The notes under the pieces are model-generated. The model saw only the letters and a program-made list of their open reading frames with translations. It was not told where the DNA came from and searched no databases. Positions 6,752-15,448 of a DNA stretch of 64,000 bases are shown piece by piece; position 1 is the stretch's first letter; every line of letters begins with the position of its first letter. This DNA comes from Candidatus Gugararchaeum adminiculabundum (lineage in GTDB: Archaea; Micrarchaeota; Micrarchaeia; Burarchaeales; Gugararchaeaceae). The translations under genes and the position numbers were made by a program. The stretch covers positions 71,970 through 135,969 of the forward strand of contig CABMDC010000012.1 in the NCBI GenBank assembly GCA_902384795.1, given 5' to 3'.

Positions 6752-9061
6752 TTGAATAAACCTGGCGCCGTGATGGCTGCCGCGGAAAAAATAACTGCAA
6801 ACAGCGGAGTTGCAACTTCTTCTTTTAATGGAAATCTTCTTTCGGCGCAGAAAACAGGCATGCGGCTCCAGGATGCAATTGAAATTCTGCGCCAGGGCGG
6901 AATAGGGTTTAATGGAAAAGTTGTGCACTGCTGGTACGAGGCGGCCGAGGCGCTCCAGGGGAAAAAGGGGCTGTTCTCGGTAAAGGCCGCGGTGAACACA
7001 ACCGGCAAATCTGTCAGCGAGCACGGGATATTTTTCCTGGACGTGCCTTTGAACGAGGTTCCTGCAAAAGTCAATGAAGTTTTGAATAACATGGAAAACG
7101 CGGGGATGGATAAGGAACAGGGGGTTTTGATCCAGCCAATGGCCGAAAACGGACTGCATATGATGGCGGATATGAGGCAGACTCCTTTTGGCCCAGTGGT
7201 AATCCTTAAGCTCGGCGGAGACGCATCAGAGGAGAAAACCATCACTGTGAAAGCATTTGGAGAAATGACCCAAAAAAAGCGCGAAAGGCTTGAGGAGCAA
7301 ATTGCAAAGATTCCTGCAATAAAGCGCAGGCCGGAATTGGTAAAGCCTCTTGCTGATTTTGCTGAAAAGCTTCTGAAAATCGGAAAGGATTTCCCCCACG
7401 TTGGCGAGATTGAAATGAACCCGCTCATCTGCTACAAGGATGGGAGGATTTCGCCTGTTGATTTGCGCGCCTTCACTTCCAATCTTGAGCCGGGCAGGGT
7501 TCCGGCAATGAGCCAGGAGGAGTTCAACAGGCTGATGGACTGCATGGTGAATCCGGCTGTCCTTTTTGTCGTTGCTCCAAACGGAAAATTCAAGATGGAT
7601 GGGGGAGTGGAAAGGTTCCTCATGACTGCGAATGCGATGAGGACCAGCCTGGGCGATAACGGCTGCGAGGTCTACTTCATCCACCCCAAGAAGGATAAAA
7701 TGGACATGCATGATTTTGAGGGAAATTTAATTGCAAAGGATGTGAAATGCTATCCAACTGTGCGCGCAGCCATGATGGCGATTCGGGACAAGCCTGACTG
7801 CCTGTTGGTGTGCCTTCCGCCCAAAGAGACTATTGAATACTTGGAGGAATGCCTGGAACTGGGAATCCCGAGCGCTGTTTTCATGGGGGCAGGGTTCAAT
7901 GAACTTGGAGGCGAGGGGGATGCTTACGCGCAAAGAATCCGGGAGCTCATGGCAAGCGGTAAAATGGTCATAATCGGGCCGAACACCGTGGGCATGCAGA
8001 GCTTCCTGGCCAAAGTGGACTCGAGCTTTTCGTCTGGAGGAGGGCTCGGGGATTATAGGACCCCTGAAGGAGGGGAAGGGATTTGCGCAGCGACCCAGAG
8101 CGGAGGAGTGATGAACACCATAGTCAATTTCGTCGCGGCCGAAGGGGAGAGGATGGATGTTGCGGTCGGCCTGGGGAACATGCTTGGGATTGAGGACATC
8201 GGACTGCTTGCGGAGTATTTTGCCACAAGGCCGGGGACAAAGGTTGCCCAGTTTTATTTGGAGGGCTCGATTTCGCCGGCGTTTGTCGAGGCAGTGAAAA
8301 GGCACTCAAAGGATGTCGCGTTTGTTGTGATGTGCGCAGGGAAAAGCGAGTCTGCGAAAAGTGTGAAGAATACGCACACTGACGCGCTCATGGGGGACTA
8401 TGAGGCGGTTGAGCTTGCACTCAGGGATGCGGGAGCGATAATTGTAAGGGACATTGAGCAGATGAAAATGGTTTCAAGGGCGTGCAATGCCGGCATGGAT
8501 GTCGCGCTTGCCGCAAAAATCAGTGCGGCGCTTGAAAAAGGGGAGCCTGCGCCGGGAGTTGGGCTTTTTGTGCAGTCAGGCGCCGATGGAAGGATTTTCA
8601 TGGATGTAATTGAAGAGCAGGGAATGAAGCTTGCTCCGTTTTCACCGGAAATAAAAAAACAAATGCGGGAGATGGGGTTTATAGGGGATTACATGGGGGA
8701 TGGCCCTTATCTGGACCTGGGGGCAAAGCCGGACATGGCCGGAGTGTTCAGGACTGTTTCACAGGATGCCGGAGTAGCGTTTGTAATTGTTGCAACAACA
8801 AAAATTTTCTGGGCCGGATTTGTTCCGAGCTGGGACGGGACCCCTGCGGTCATGTACCTGGGGGATGATCCCACTGGGAATATCACAAAAGTCATGACCA
8901 GGAAGGGAAAAGTGAATGTGCTGCTTGAAACAAACGGGGAACCGCGCATTGCGACGTTTGAAGGAAAGGGCTGGCCTGCGGTTACGCGCAACCCGAGCAC
9001 TGCGGTGGAGTTCGCAAAGCACATGATGCAGAGGAGCCAGTGGCTTGCTGAGAATAAATAG
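6752..9061 (+). CDS. Acetate/acyl-CoA ligase (ADP-forming), fused with ATP-grasp domain first
   Basis: N-terminal ATP-grasp (VLIQPM, FGPVV, EIEMNPL); CoA-binding domain (GAGFNELG, IIGPNTVG, TQSGG, GLGNM); phospho-His motif THTDALMG. Start uncertain (6752 or 6773). Confidence 0.85.
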   Translation: MNKPGAVMAAAEKITANSGVATSSFNGNLLSAQKTGMRLQDAIEILRQGGIGFNGKVVHCWYEAAEALQGKKGLFSVKAAVNTTGKSVSEHGIFFLDVPLNEVPAKVNEVLNNMENAGMDKEQGVLIQPMAENGLHMMADMRQTPFGPVVILKLGGDASEEKTITVKAFGEMTQKKRERLEEQIAKIPAIKRRPELVKPLADFAEKLLKIGKDFPHVGEIEMNPLICYKDGRISPVDLRAFTSNLEPGRVPAMSQEEFNRLMDCMVNPAVLFVVAPNGKFKMDGGVERFLMTANAMRTSLGDNGCEVYFIHPKKDKMDMHDFEGNLIAKDVKCYPTVRAAMMAIRDKPDCLLVCLPPKETIEYLEECLELGIPSAVFMGAGFNELGGEGDAYAQRIRELMASGKMVIIGPNTVGMQSFLAKVDSSFSSGGGLGDYRTPEGGEGICAATQSGGVMNTIVNFVAAEGERMDVAVGLGNMLGIEDIGLLAEYFATRPGTKVAQFYLEGSISPAFVEAVKRHSKDVAFVVMCAGKSESAKSVKNTHTDALMGDYEAVELALRDAGAIIVRDIEQMKMVSRACNAGMDVALAAKISAALEKGEPAPGVGLFVQSGADGRIFMDVIEEQGMKLAPFSPEIKKQMREMGFIGDYMGDGPYLDLGAKPDMAGVFRTVSQDAGVAFVIVATTKIFWAGFVPSWDGTPAVMYLGDDPTGNITKVMTRKGKVNVLLETNGEPRIATFEGKGWPAVTRNPSTAVEFAKHMMQRSQWLAENK

Positions 9062-9063
9062 AA

Positions 9064-9723
9064 CTAATTTTTCCTGAGAATTTTTTGCTCCAGCTTGTTC
9101 AAAAACTGCCCCAGCCCCGCGCCTGCGTTCGCGAGCTCTTTGCTTTTCCAGTAGAAAATTAGCGGAGTTGCTATTGAAAGGAAAAGCGCGACTGCGAAAA
9201 CCACATTCATTCCGTAATCAGGGATGAAGGTGTGCATTCCCTGCACTGTCCTGCCATCGGAAAGATGGAATGGAACCAGGTAATCTAGATAGTCATTTAG
9301 CAGGAACCAGCCAATGATGGCGGGCGCGATTTTGAAATCGAATTTTTTTGGAATCAGCAAAATGCTCTCAACAACCATTAGCAGATGCGGAAGGAGAAAT
9401 AATGCTGAAACGAACAGCGCGTCCTGCAAAGAGGTGTAATAGTAGCCCCAGTTGAACAGGATGACGAATGCTGACCAAAATCCGTATTTCACTAAATAAG
9501 AAGCTGCGAGCAGCTTGAACCAGTCTTCTTTTATTATGCCTGCGAATGCTATTGCCGCGAGAAGAACCGAAACTGGCGAGTCTGCGATCAGGGGCCAGAG
9601 AAAAATCGGAAAGAACGGAAGCATGGGGTTGAAAGCGTAGTAGAAATACACTCCCCAAACTCCTGCAACGCCGTTCAGGAATGAGACTAATTTTTGCCAA
9701 AGAGGTATGCCCATGTCGATCAC
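9064..9723 (-). CDS. DUF1405-like integral membrane protein
   Basis: IADSP, LVKYGFW, HLLMVVE and NDYLDY motifs in a multi-TM protein. Confidence 0.75.
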   Translation of the reverse strand: MIDMGIPLWQKLVSFLNGVAGVWGVYFYYAFNPMLPFFPIFLWPLIADSPVSVLLAAIAFAGIIKEDWFKLLAASYLVKYGFWSAFVILFNWGYYYTSLQDALFVSALFLLPHLLMVVESILLIPKKFDFKIAPAIIGWFLLNDYLDYLVPFHLSDGRTVQGMHTFIPDYGMNVVFAVALFLSIATPLIFYWKSKELANAGAGLGQFLNKLEQKILRKN

Positions 9724-10263
9724 TTATTTCTGCTCAGTTGGCCCATGACCAGGGCACAGAAGTTTGTAATCCAATTTGTCTATGAATTTCAATGAATCTA
9801 TAATTTTCTCCTCATTTCCGCCGGGCAAATCTGTTCTTCCCCTGTCGCCATCGGCGAACTTTGTATCACCGGAAAAAAGAAGCCCGTTATTTTTCTCTAG
9901 GATGCAGATGCTGCCTTCAGTGTGCCCGGGTGTCCAGTAGATTTCCAAATTGAAAGTCCCCCATTTGAAATTCTTGAAATCATAGGCGCGCGCGTTCTTT
10001 GGGACTATGCGGAAAAGCAACTTGACAAAATCACGCTCGTGCAGGTAGACGTTTTGCCAGTCTGGCTTCACTCCTCCGCTGTGGTCATGGTGAGAATGGG
10101 TCAGAAAAGTGTAAGTTGGAGTGAGCGAATCCAGCTCCTGCACTCCGCCATCTCCGGAATCAATGATCAGTTTCTCGCCCTTGCCATTGTCCAGAAGATA
10201 GATGTTCGAGCAGGTGCGCTCGTCCGTGCGAATCATCTGTATGTTCTCGGTTAGCTTTTGCAT
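9724..10263 (-). CDS. MBL-fold metallo-hydrolase (glyoxalase II-like)
   Basis: THSHHDH, TPGHTEG, FSGDT and PGHG motifs. Confidence 0.9.
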   Translation of the reverse strand: MQKLTENIQMIRTDERTCSNIYLLDNGKGEKLIIDSGDGGVQELDSLTPTYTFLTHSHHDHSGGVKPDWQNVYLHERDFVKLLFRIVPKNARAYDFKNFKWGTFNLEIYWTPGHTEGSICILEKNNGLLFSGDTKFADGDRGRTDLPGGNEEKIIDSLKFIDKLDYKLLCPGHGPTEQK

Positions 10264-10351
10264 GGGTCCATTGGGAATGAGCAAAACTATATATATGCTC
10301 CAAGGAGCAAGCGTAGCACGGATATTTGGGTCGTAGTGGAGACGGCTTGGA

Positions 10352-11197
10352 ATGATTTACACCTTTGAATCTTTTGAGGAATTTCAGGCAAAAGCCGCTG
10401 GACTCGGCATAAAGAGCGACCTTGCTGCCCTGACAAAGCTCAGTATCCTGTTCTTTGAATATTACACCGACCAGGAGCCGAACTATATAGTGATGAGCCT
10501 GCTCAACTACCCGCGCGAGAAGCCCAACACCCTGTTGGTAATCACCAGGGACAATTCGCTGATTTACCCGAAGGTGCAGATTGAGAATGACGCGATGCTC
10601 GCGGAACTGCGGAAGAAAACCATGTATGCCGAGAGCACCCTTGTCGGCTATTCCGTGCTGAAGCAGATTCTCGGGAATTACCTGGCGAAATTCGAGGAGA
10701 TAACCAAGATGATTGACGAGCTGGATGAAAGGCTTGAATTCGACAAGGTCGAACTGGTCTCGCGCGAGCTGAAGAGGTTCAGGGACAAGGTTGACGACCT
10801 TTTGCAGATAATACTAAGAATCGAGGAAAAGGAGGTTAAGCTGGTGGATAACAGGGTGCTTGCCTACGAGTTCGACATACTGATTGCAAAGACCAGGCTT
10901 TTGGCGGACAGGTGCAGGAGCAAAATGGAGGAGATAAACGTCCTCAGGGACAAGTGCGATGTGATTGAGGCCAAAATCCTGAATAAAAGGCTGGAAAAGC
11001 TGACGGACATAATGAAGAAGCTGACCGCGTTCACGGTGATCATGATGATTCCGAACATCATATCCTCGCACTTTGGCATGAACTTCAAGTACATGCCCGA
11101 GCTCAGCATGCTAGATGCCTATCCGGTGGTGATAGCCGTGACCCTGCTTATCATGGGCGGGGCGGTCTTGCTTTTCAAGAAGTGGGAATGGCTGTAG
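10352..11197 (+). CDS. corA: CorA-family Mg2+/Co2+ transporter
   Basis: C-terminal two TM helices with FGMNFKYMPEL and KKWEWL end. Confidence 0.92.
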   Translation: MIYTFESFEEFQAKAAGLGIKSDLAALTKLSILFFEYYTDQEPNYIVMSLLNYPREKPNTLLVITRDNSLIYPKVQIENDAMLAELRKKTMYAESTLVGYSVLKQILGNYLAKFEEITKMIDELDERLEFDKVELVSRELKRFRDKVDDLLQIILRIEEKEVKLVDNRVLAYEFDILIAKTRLLADRCRSKMEEINVLRDKCDVIEAKILNKRLEKLTDIMKKLTAFTVIMMIPNIISSHFGMNFKYMPELSMLDAYPVVIAVTLLIMGGAVLLFKKWEWL

Positions 11198-11244
11198 AGC
11201 GTACAGTGTGCGAACAGAGCCGCTCTACCCTTTCAACATCCAGA
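11194..11244 (+). repeat. Dispersed 51-nt structured element, copy 2
   Basis: 39/51 identity to the reverse complement of 3264-3314; overlaps the corA stop codon. Confidence 0.8.
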
Positions 11245-11359
11245 GCTAAACAGGAACTGCTTCGGATGAAGAGCTCGCGATTACTCGCTCGCTCTCATCC
11301 TCCGCCGATAGCCGGGGGCGCCATTGGTTTATCTTTTTTTGTCTGCCAAATTCCAGCTT

Positions 11360-12397
11360 ATGCAGCAGAATACGGCACAGCTAAGGAGATTGGTGCTCGA
11401 GAAGATTTCCGAGGCCGAGCTGCAGCAGAGGATAGGTGCGAAGATAACCGAATATGCCGGGCTGCTCACCAATGACGCCGGGCTGGAACTGATAGCCGGG
11501 GAATTGGGAGTGAAATTGGAGTGGAATGTTTCTGTTTCTGATCTGCAGCCAGGCATGAGCAATGTGACCGTGGAAGGGGAGATCACGCGTATTTTCCCTG
11601 CAAAAGAGTTTGAGAAGAGAAGCGGGGGAAAGGGAAAACTAAGAAGGGCCTTTTTGAGCGACGGAAAAATGGAAAGGGCGATTGTGCTCTGGGACTCGGA
11701 CTGCGCGCTCCTGGACGGGAAAGTGGCGCGCGGGGACCAGGTAAAAATTTCAGGCGCGTATACCAAAATGGATGAGCTGTTCCTGGGATATAACGGGACG
11801 ATTGAAGTGATGAAAAAAGCCGAGAAAAAGAAGCTCAATGAACTGGAGGATGGCGAGTTCGTGGATGTGATGGGGGTTGTGCGCGAGATAAGGCCGGATG
11901 TGAAATTCGAAAGGGAAGGCGAGCAGCGGGTGATGAAAAGTTTCGTGCTCATGGATGAGTCAGGCGAAGCAAGGGTGTGCGTCTGGGACTGGATTGACAA
12001 GATTGCGAAAATGAGATTGAATGACGAAATTCACCTAAGCGGAGGGAAAGTGCGAGAAGGGGAAATCCATGTGGGAAAAAATTCGCACATTGCATTGATT
12101 TCAAAAATCAGGGAACTGAAGGATGCGAAAGAGGGAGAGGAGATTGAAGTGAAAGCAGTGATTGCAGAGGCAAGGGTGGAAGGCAATGATAGGATTGTGG
12201 CGCGGCCCGAGGGGAACAAATACGCGCTGGTTTTCCAGGGAGAGCATGCGCTGAAGCTGCTGGGGATTAGGGAATTGCCGGAAGGGGTTGGCATGAAAAC
12301 TGTTTTTGAATTGAAAAGGGAAACCCTGGAAAAAAGCGAAATCGAGGTTGCGGGAAAATTGTCCGGAACCAGTTTTGTTGTTTCTAAGATTAACTAA
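11360..12397 (+). CDS. rpa: Replication protein A (multi OB-fold ssDNA-binding protein)
   Basis: N-terminal GLLTNDAGLELIAGELGV, then tandem OB folds (IFPAKEF...LSDG...VLW; MDESGEARVCVW). Confidence 0.85.
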   Translation: MQQNTAQLRRLVLEKISEAELQQRIGAKITEYAGLLTNDAGLELIAGELGVKLEWNVSVSDLQPGMSNVTVEGEITRIFPAKEFEKRSGGKGKLRRAFLSDGKMERAIVLWDSDCALLDGKVARGDQVKISGAYTKMDELFLGYNGTIEVMKKAEKKKLNELEDGEFVDVMGVVREIRPDVKFEREGEQRVMKSFVLMDESGEARVCVWDWIDKIAKMRLNDEIHLSGGKVREGEIHVGKNSHIALISKIRELKDAKEGEEIEVKAVIAEARVEGNDRIVARPEGNKYALVFQGEHALKLLGIRELPEGVGMKTVFELKRETLEKSEIEVAGKLSGTSFVVSKIN

Positions 12398-12413
12398 ATT
12401 GCAGAGGGAACGA

Positions 12414-13538
12414 ATGCAGGAAAAGGAGATTGAGGCTATTTTACAGAAACGCGATGCGGTGGAGAAAGAGCTAGCGCAGATTGGGGAAAAGAATTTCGAG
12501 AATGCGCTGGAAGTGCTGGATGAGGTCAGGAATTTGGTGGAGTTCGCGCTTGAGCTGGAGAAAAAAGGCGAGGACATTGTGAAGCAGGATATTGTGCCAA
12601 GGATGAAATTTGCGCAAAAGAGCAGGCAGGCGGGCAAGAGTTTCAAGAGAATTGTGGACTGGATTAATGCGCTGCATGCGCAAAAGGAAATGCAGGAAAG
12701 GGAAGCGCTTCTGTTCGGTGATGTTCTCAAAAGGCTGAGGAGCAGGGAGCCGGGGAAAGCAAAGGACGAGCTAAGGAAACTGGAACATATCCAGAAATTG
12801 GGCGAAAGAAGGGAGGAGACTAGGGCGCAACTCGCCGAGGCAAGGGAGCAGGTGCAAAGGGAGCTGAACCAGGCGAACAAAAAGCTCTCTGAAATTGAAA
12901 TGCTGCTTGAGCCGGAGCCGCTGGAGCAGGCAGGGGAGTTTGGGAAGCTGGAAGCCGCGTTGCGGCAATATAATATATGGAGGGCCGGGATGCTGGAAAA
13001 GATGCAGGCGCTCCCTCTGCCGAAATTGCTTGACTATTACCTGAAAAGGAGCGAAAAGCTGGAGGAGCTGGGATTCCCGAAGCCAATGAAAAGGGAGGAT
13101 GCGGGGGAGATGCAAAAGCTGTTTTCCTCTGACCCGCAGCTGGCGGGAAAGAGCGCTGCGGAAATTCTGGAGCTAATGAACGAGAGCGAGGGGAAATTGA
13201 ACCACCTGCTGTCCGATTCGCGCAAATTCCTTTCCCTCGTGAGAGGTGAGCGGCAGTGGGTTTCCTTGCTTGCAAAAATCGGGGTTAGCGGGTTTATGGC
13301 CTTGGAACTGGGAGAGCAGGAAAGGGCCAGGGGGATAGGGGAATTTGACCCTGCCAGGGGAAAGGAGCTGGAACTGATTGCTGGCACTGATTTTGCGAGA
13401 GTGGTGGAGCTGAGGGCCGCTTCCGAGAAGCTGGGAAGGATGCGCGGGATGAGGGGCAAAATAAGGGTTGAGGAAAAGGGAGAACTGGAGAAAAGGGCCG
13501 AGGGGCTTGAGAGAGTGCTCGAGAGAATGGGCGGCTAA
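12414..13538 (+). CDS. Hypothetical alpha-helical/coiled-coil protein
   Basis: About 374-aa E/K/R-rich ORF directly downstream of rpa. Confidence 0.7.
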   Translation: MQEKEIEAILQKRDAVEKELAQIGEKNFENALEVLDEVRNLVEFALELEKKGEDIVKQDIVPRMKFAQKSRQAGKSFKRIVDWINALHAQKEMQEREALLFGDVLKRLRSREPGKAKDELRKLEHIQKLGERREETRAQLAEAREQVQRELNQANKKLSEIEMLLEPEPLEQAGEFGKLEAALRQYNIWRAGMLEKMQALPLPKLLDYYLKRSEKLEELGFPKPMKREDAGEMQKLFSSDPQLAGKSAAEILELMNESEGKLNHLLSDSRKFLSLVRGERQWVSLLAKIGVSGFMALELGEQERARGIGEFDPARGKELELIAGTDFARVVELRAASEKLGRMRGMRGKIRVEEKGELEKRAEGLERVLERMGG

Positions 13539-13602
13539 TTGTGTTAAAAAGTGTGGAATAGGTTAATATACTTGTTTTTACATAATCTACCAATGGTTAG
13601 GT

Positions 13603-15345
13603 GTGATTAGATTGAAATTTCAGGACGTTAAAATAATCGCTGGCAACATGATGAACAGGAAAAAGGCTAGTGTGAACAAGGCAGGCCAGGAGGAGCTGGT
13701 GAAAACAGGGGAGAAGGTTGTGCCGCTTAGGCAGCCGGCTGAGATCCTTCCGTTTGCAAAACAAAGCGAAGAGCTTACGCATGATTCGGGGAGGGCTGAG
13801 AAAGAAGAGGGAAGTGCACAGATTGAGAAAGAGGTGCAGCAGGAGAAACCAGTGTATGAAAAACCGAAAAAGCGCAAGCTGAAAAACGAGGTCAAATTTC
13901 TGATCGTATTGGCCGTATTCTGGATGCTCACCAGGATATTCTCACGGGAGCACATTGAGGCAGTGAAAAAATGGAGAGAGGAGGAGCCGGTTTTCCCGTT
14001 TGGAAAAATAACCAGCACCATGCTTGTGAAGAACCACAGGCTTCCCTTGGTGGAATTGAAAACTAAGCCAGAAACGCTGAAAAAATACGATGCCAGGCAA
14101 AGGAATGCTGCTAGGCCTCTGGCTTGCGAAATGGACAGGCAGGCGGACAAGCGGAAGGCGGGAAAAACCACAGAGCAGGAGAAACTGGGATTTGGGGGAA
14201 GAGTTTACGGATGGCTCAAAGGAATCGGAACTGATGATTCGATCAAGACTGCGAAAATTTTGCAAGAGGGGGATAGGGGGCCGGGTGAGCCGTTTTGCGC
14301 CTATGTTTTTGATGTGAAAAACGGCAAATATGAAGGAACTTACGGGTTTTTTGCCTATGATGCGAAAACGCTCAAAGCTGATAGATGGATTTCAATTGAA
14401 ACCGGATACAGGACTGCAATGCTGAAAAGAGTGCTGGCAAGCACCGTGGTTCGGCCCGGAGAAATCGGGCAGATTGATGCGTTTACTCCGGCAAGAAGCG
14501 GGGTTGACCAGCGCTATTGCATGGGCTGGATTTCCAACTCTGACCCTGGAGAGGAGCATAGGATGAGCCGTGGAAGCGTAGTGGATGTGGTCAAAGGAAG
14601 CCTTAGCGGGATGAAAGGAATTGTGAAAGGAACAAAGGGCGGGCTTGTTCTGGTCTCGCCAGTGACATTGGGCAATGACATTAAATTTGCAACCAAGCCG
14701 GAGAACCTGCGCAAGCTTGAGAATCCGAGCATAAACAAGCTTAAGGCGCGCTTCAGGCATGCCATTTATGTCGAGGGAGATGACGGAAAGGAATTGCCCG
14801 GAGCGGATAGGATTGGCAAGTTCATGCTTGACGAGCCGGTTGAGATTTCCGGCGGCGTGTATGTGGGATTGCGGGGAAAGATAATCGGAGCAACTAAAGA
14901 TGGGGAAATTTTGATTCACCCTGAATCTGCGGGCAAAAAAGGAGTTGCCATAGAAAAGGAAAAACTACGCCTGCCAAGCAGCAGCGATGCGCAGGCTTCC
15001 AAAAAAATCACCCTTCCATTGGAAAAGCCGGTTTTGGAATTCAAGGCTGACCGCAGAGTTGCGGTGGAAGCGGAAAATTTCACAGTGAAACAAAGGGCAT
15101 TGAGCTATGTTTTTGGAACCAAGAGGGGGGAATCCGGAGTAATGGCCGAATTCACTGCCAAAAACAACAGCCTGGGCAGGAGAAGGACCCTGCGCATTGT
15201 GGCAAGATGGGAGAACGCAGGCACTATTGTAGAGGATGCCCTGGATATCAGGGTTAGGGCGAGGGAAACCAAGAATGTCAGGTTCATAACCCTGCAGCCC
15301 AGGGAGGGATTTGCCAAGGTTTCCGTCGAAGTGCGGGAGAAATAG
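13603..15345 (+). CDS. Hypothetical single-TM protein with two KOW-like motifs
   Basis: TM at FLIVLAVFWML; GSVVDVVKGSLSGMKGIV and DEPVEISGGVYVGLRGKI. Start uncertain (ATG at 13648 possible). Confidence 0.7.
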   Translation: MIRLKFQDVKIIAGNMMNRKKASVNKAGQEELVKTGEKVVPLRQPAEILPFAKQSEELTHDSGRAEKEEGSAQIEKEVQQEKPVYEKPKKRKLKNEVKFLIVLAVFWMLTRIFSREHIEAVKKWREEEPVFPFGKITSTMLVKNHRLPLVELKTKPETLKKYDARQRNAARPLACEMDRQADKRKAGKTTEQEKLGFGGRVYGWLKGIGTDDSIKTAKILQEGDRGPGEPFCAYVFDVKNGKYEGTYGFFAYDAKTLKADRWISIETGYRTAMLKRVLASTVVRPGEIGQIDAFTPARSGVDQRYCMGWISNSDPGEEHRMSRGSVVDVVKGSLSGMKGIVKGTKGGLVLVSPVTLGNDIKFATKPENLRKLENPSINKLKARFRHAIYVEGDDGKELPGADRIGKFMLDEPVEISGGVYVGLRGKIIGATKDGEILIHPESAGKKGVAIEKEKLRLPSSSDAQASKKITLPLEKPVLEFKADRRVAVEAENFTVKQRALSYVFGTKRGESGVMAEFTAKNNSLGRRRTLRIVARWENAGTIVEDALDIRVRARETKNVRFITLQPREGFAKVSVEVREK

Positions 15346-15448
15346 GGCGGGAAGGATAAATACACGAAAACCCATCAACAAACAAAAGGTATTTAAAGAA
15401 GTTCGTGTATAGTAATGGTGACAAATGTAATTTTTGTGGGAGATACTT

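Noticed and set aside
10298-10352. Possible Mg2+-responsive leader before corA (TCCAAG...CTTGGA)
   Set aside because: Only a 6-bp stem and no M-box-like features.
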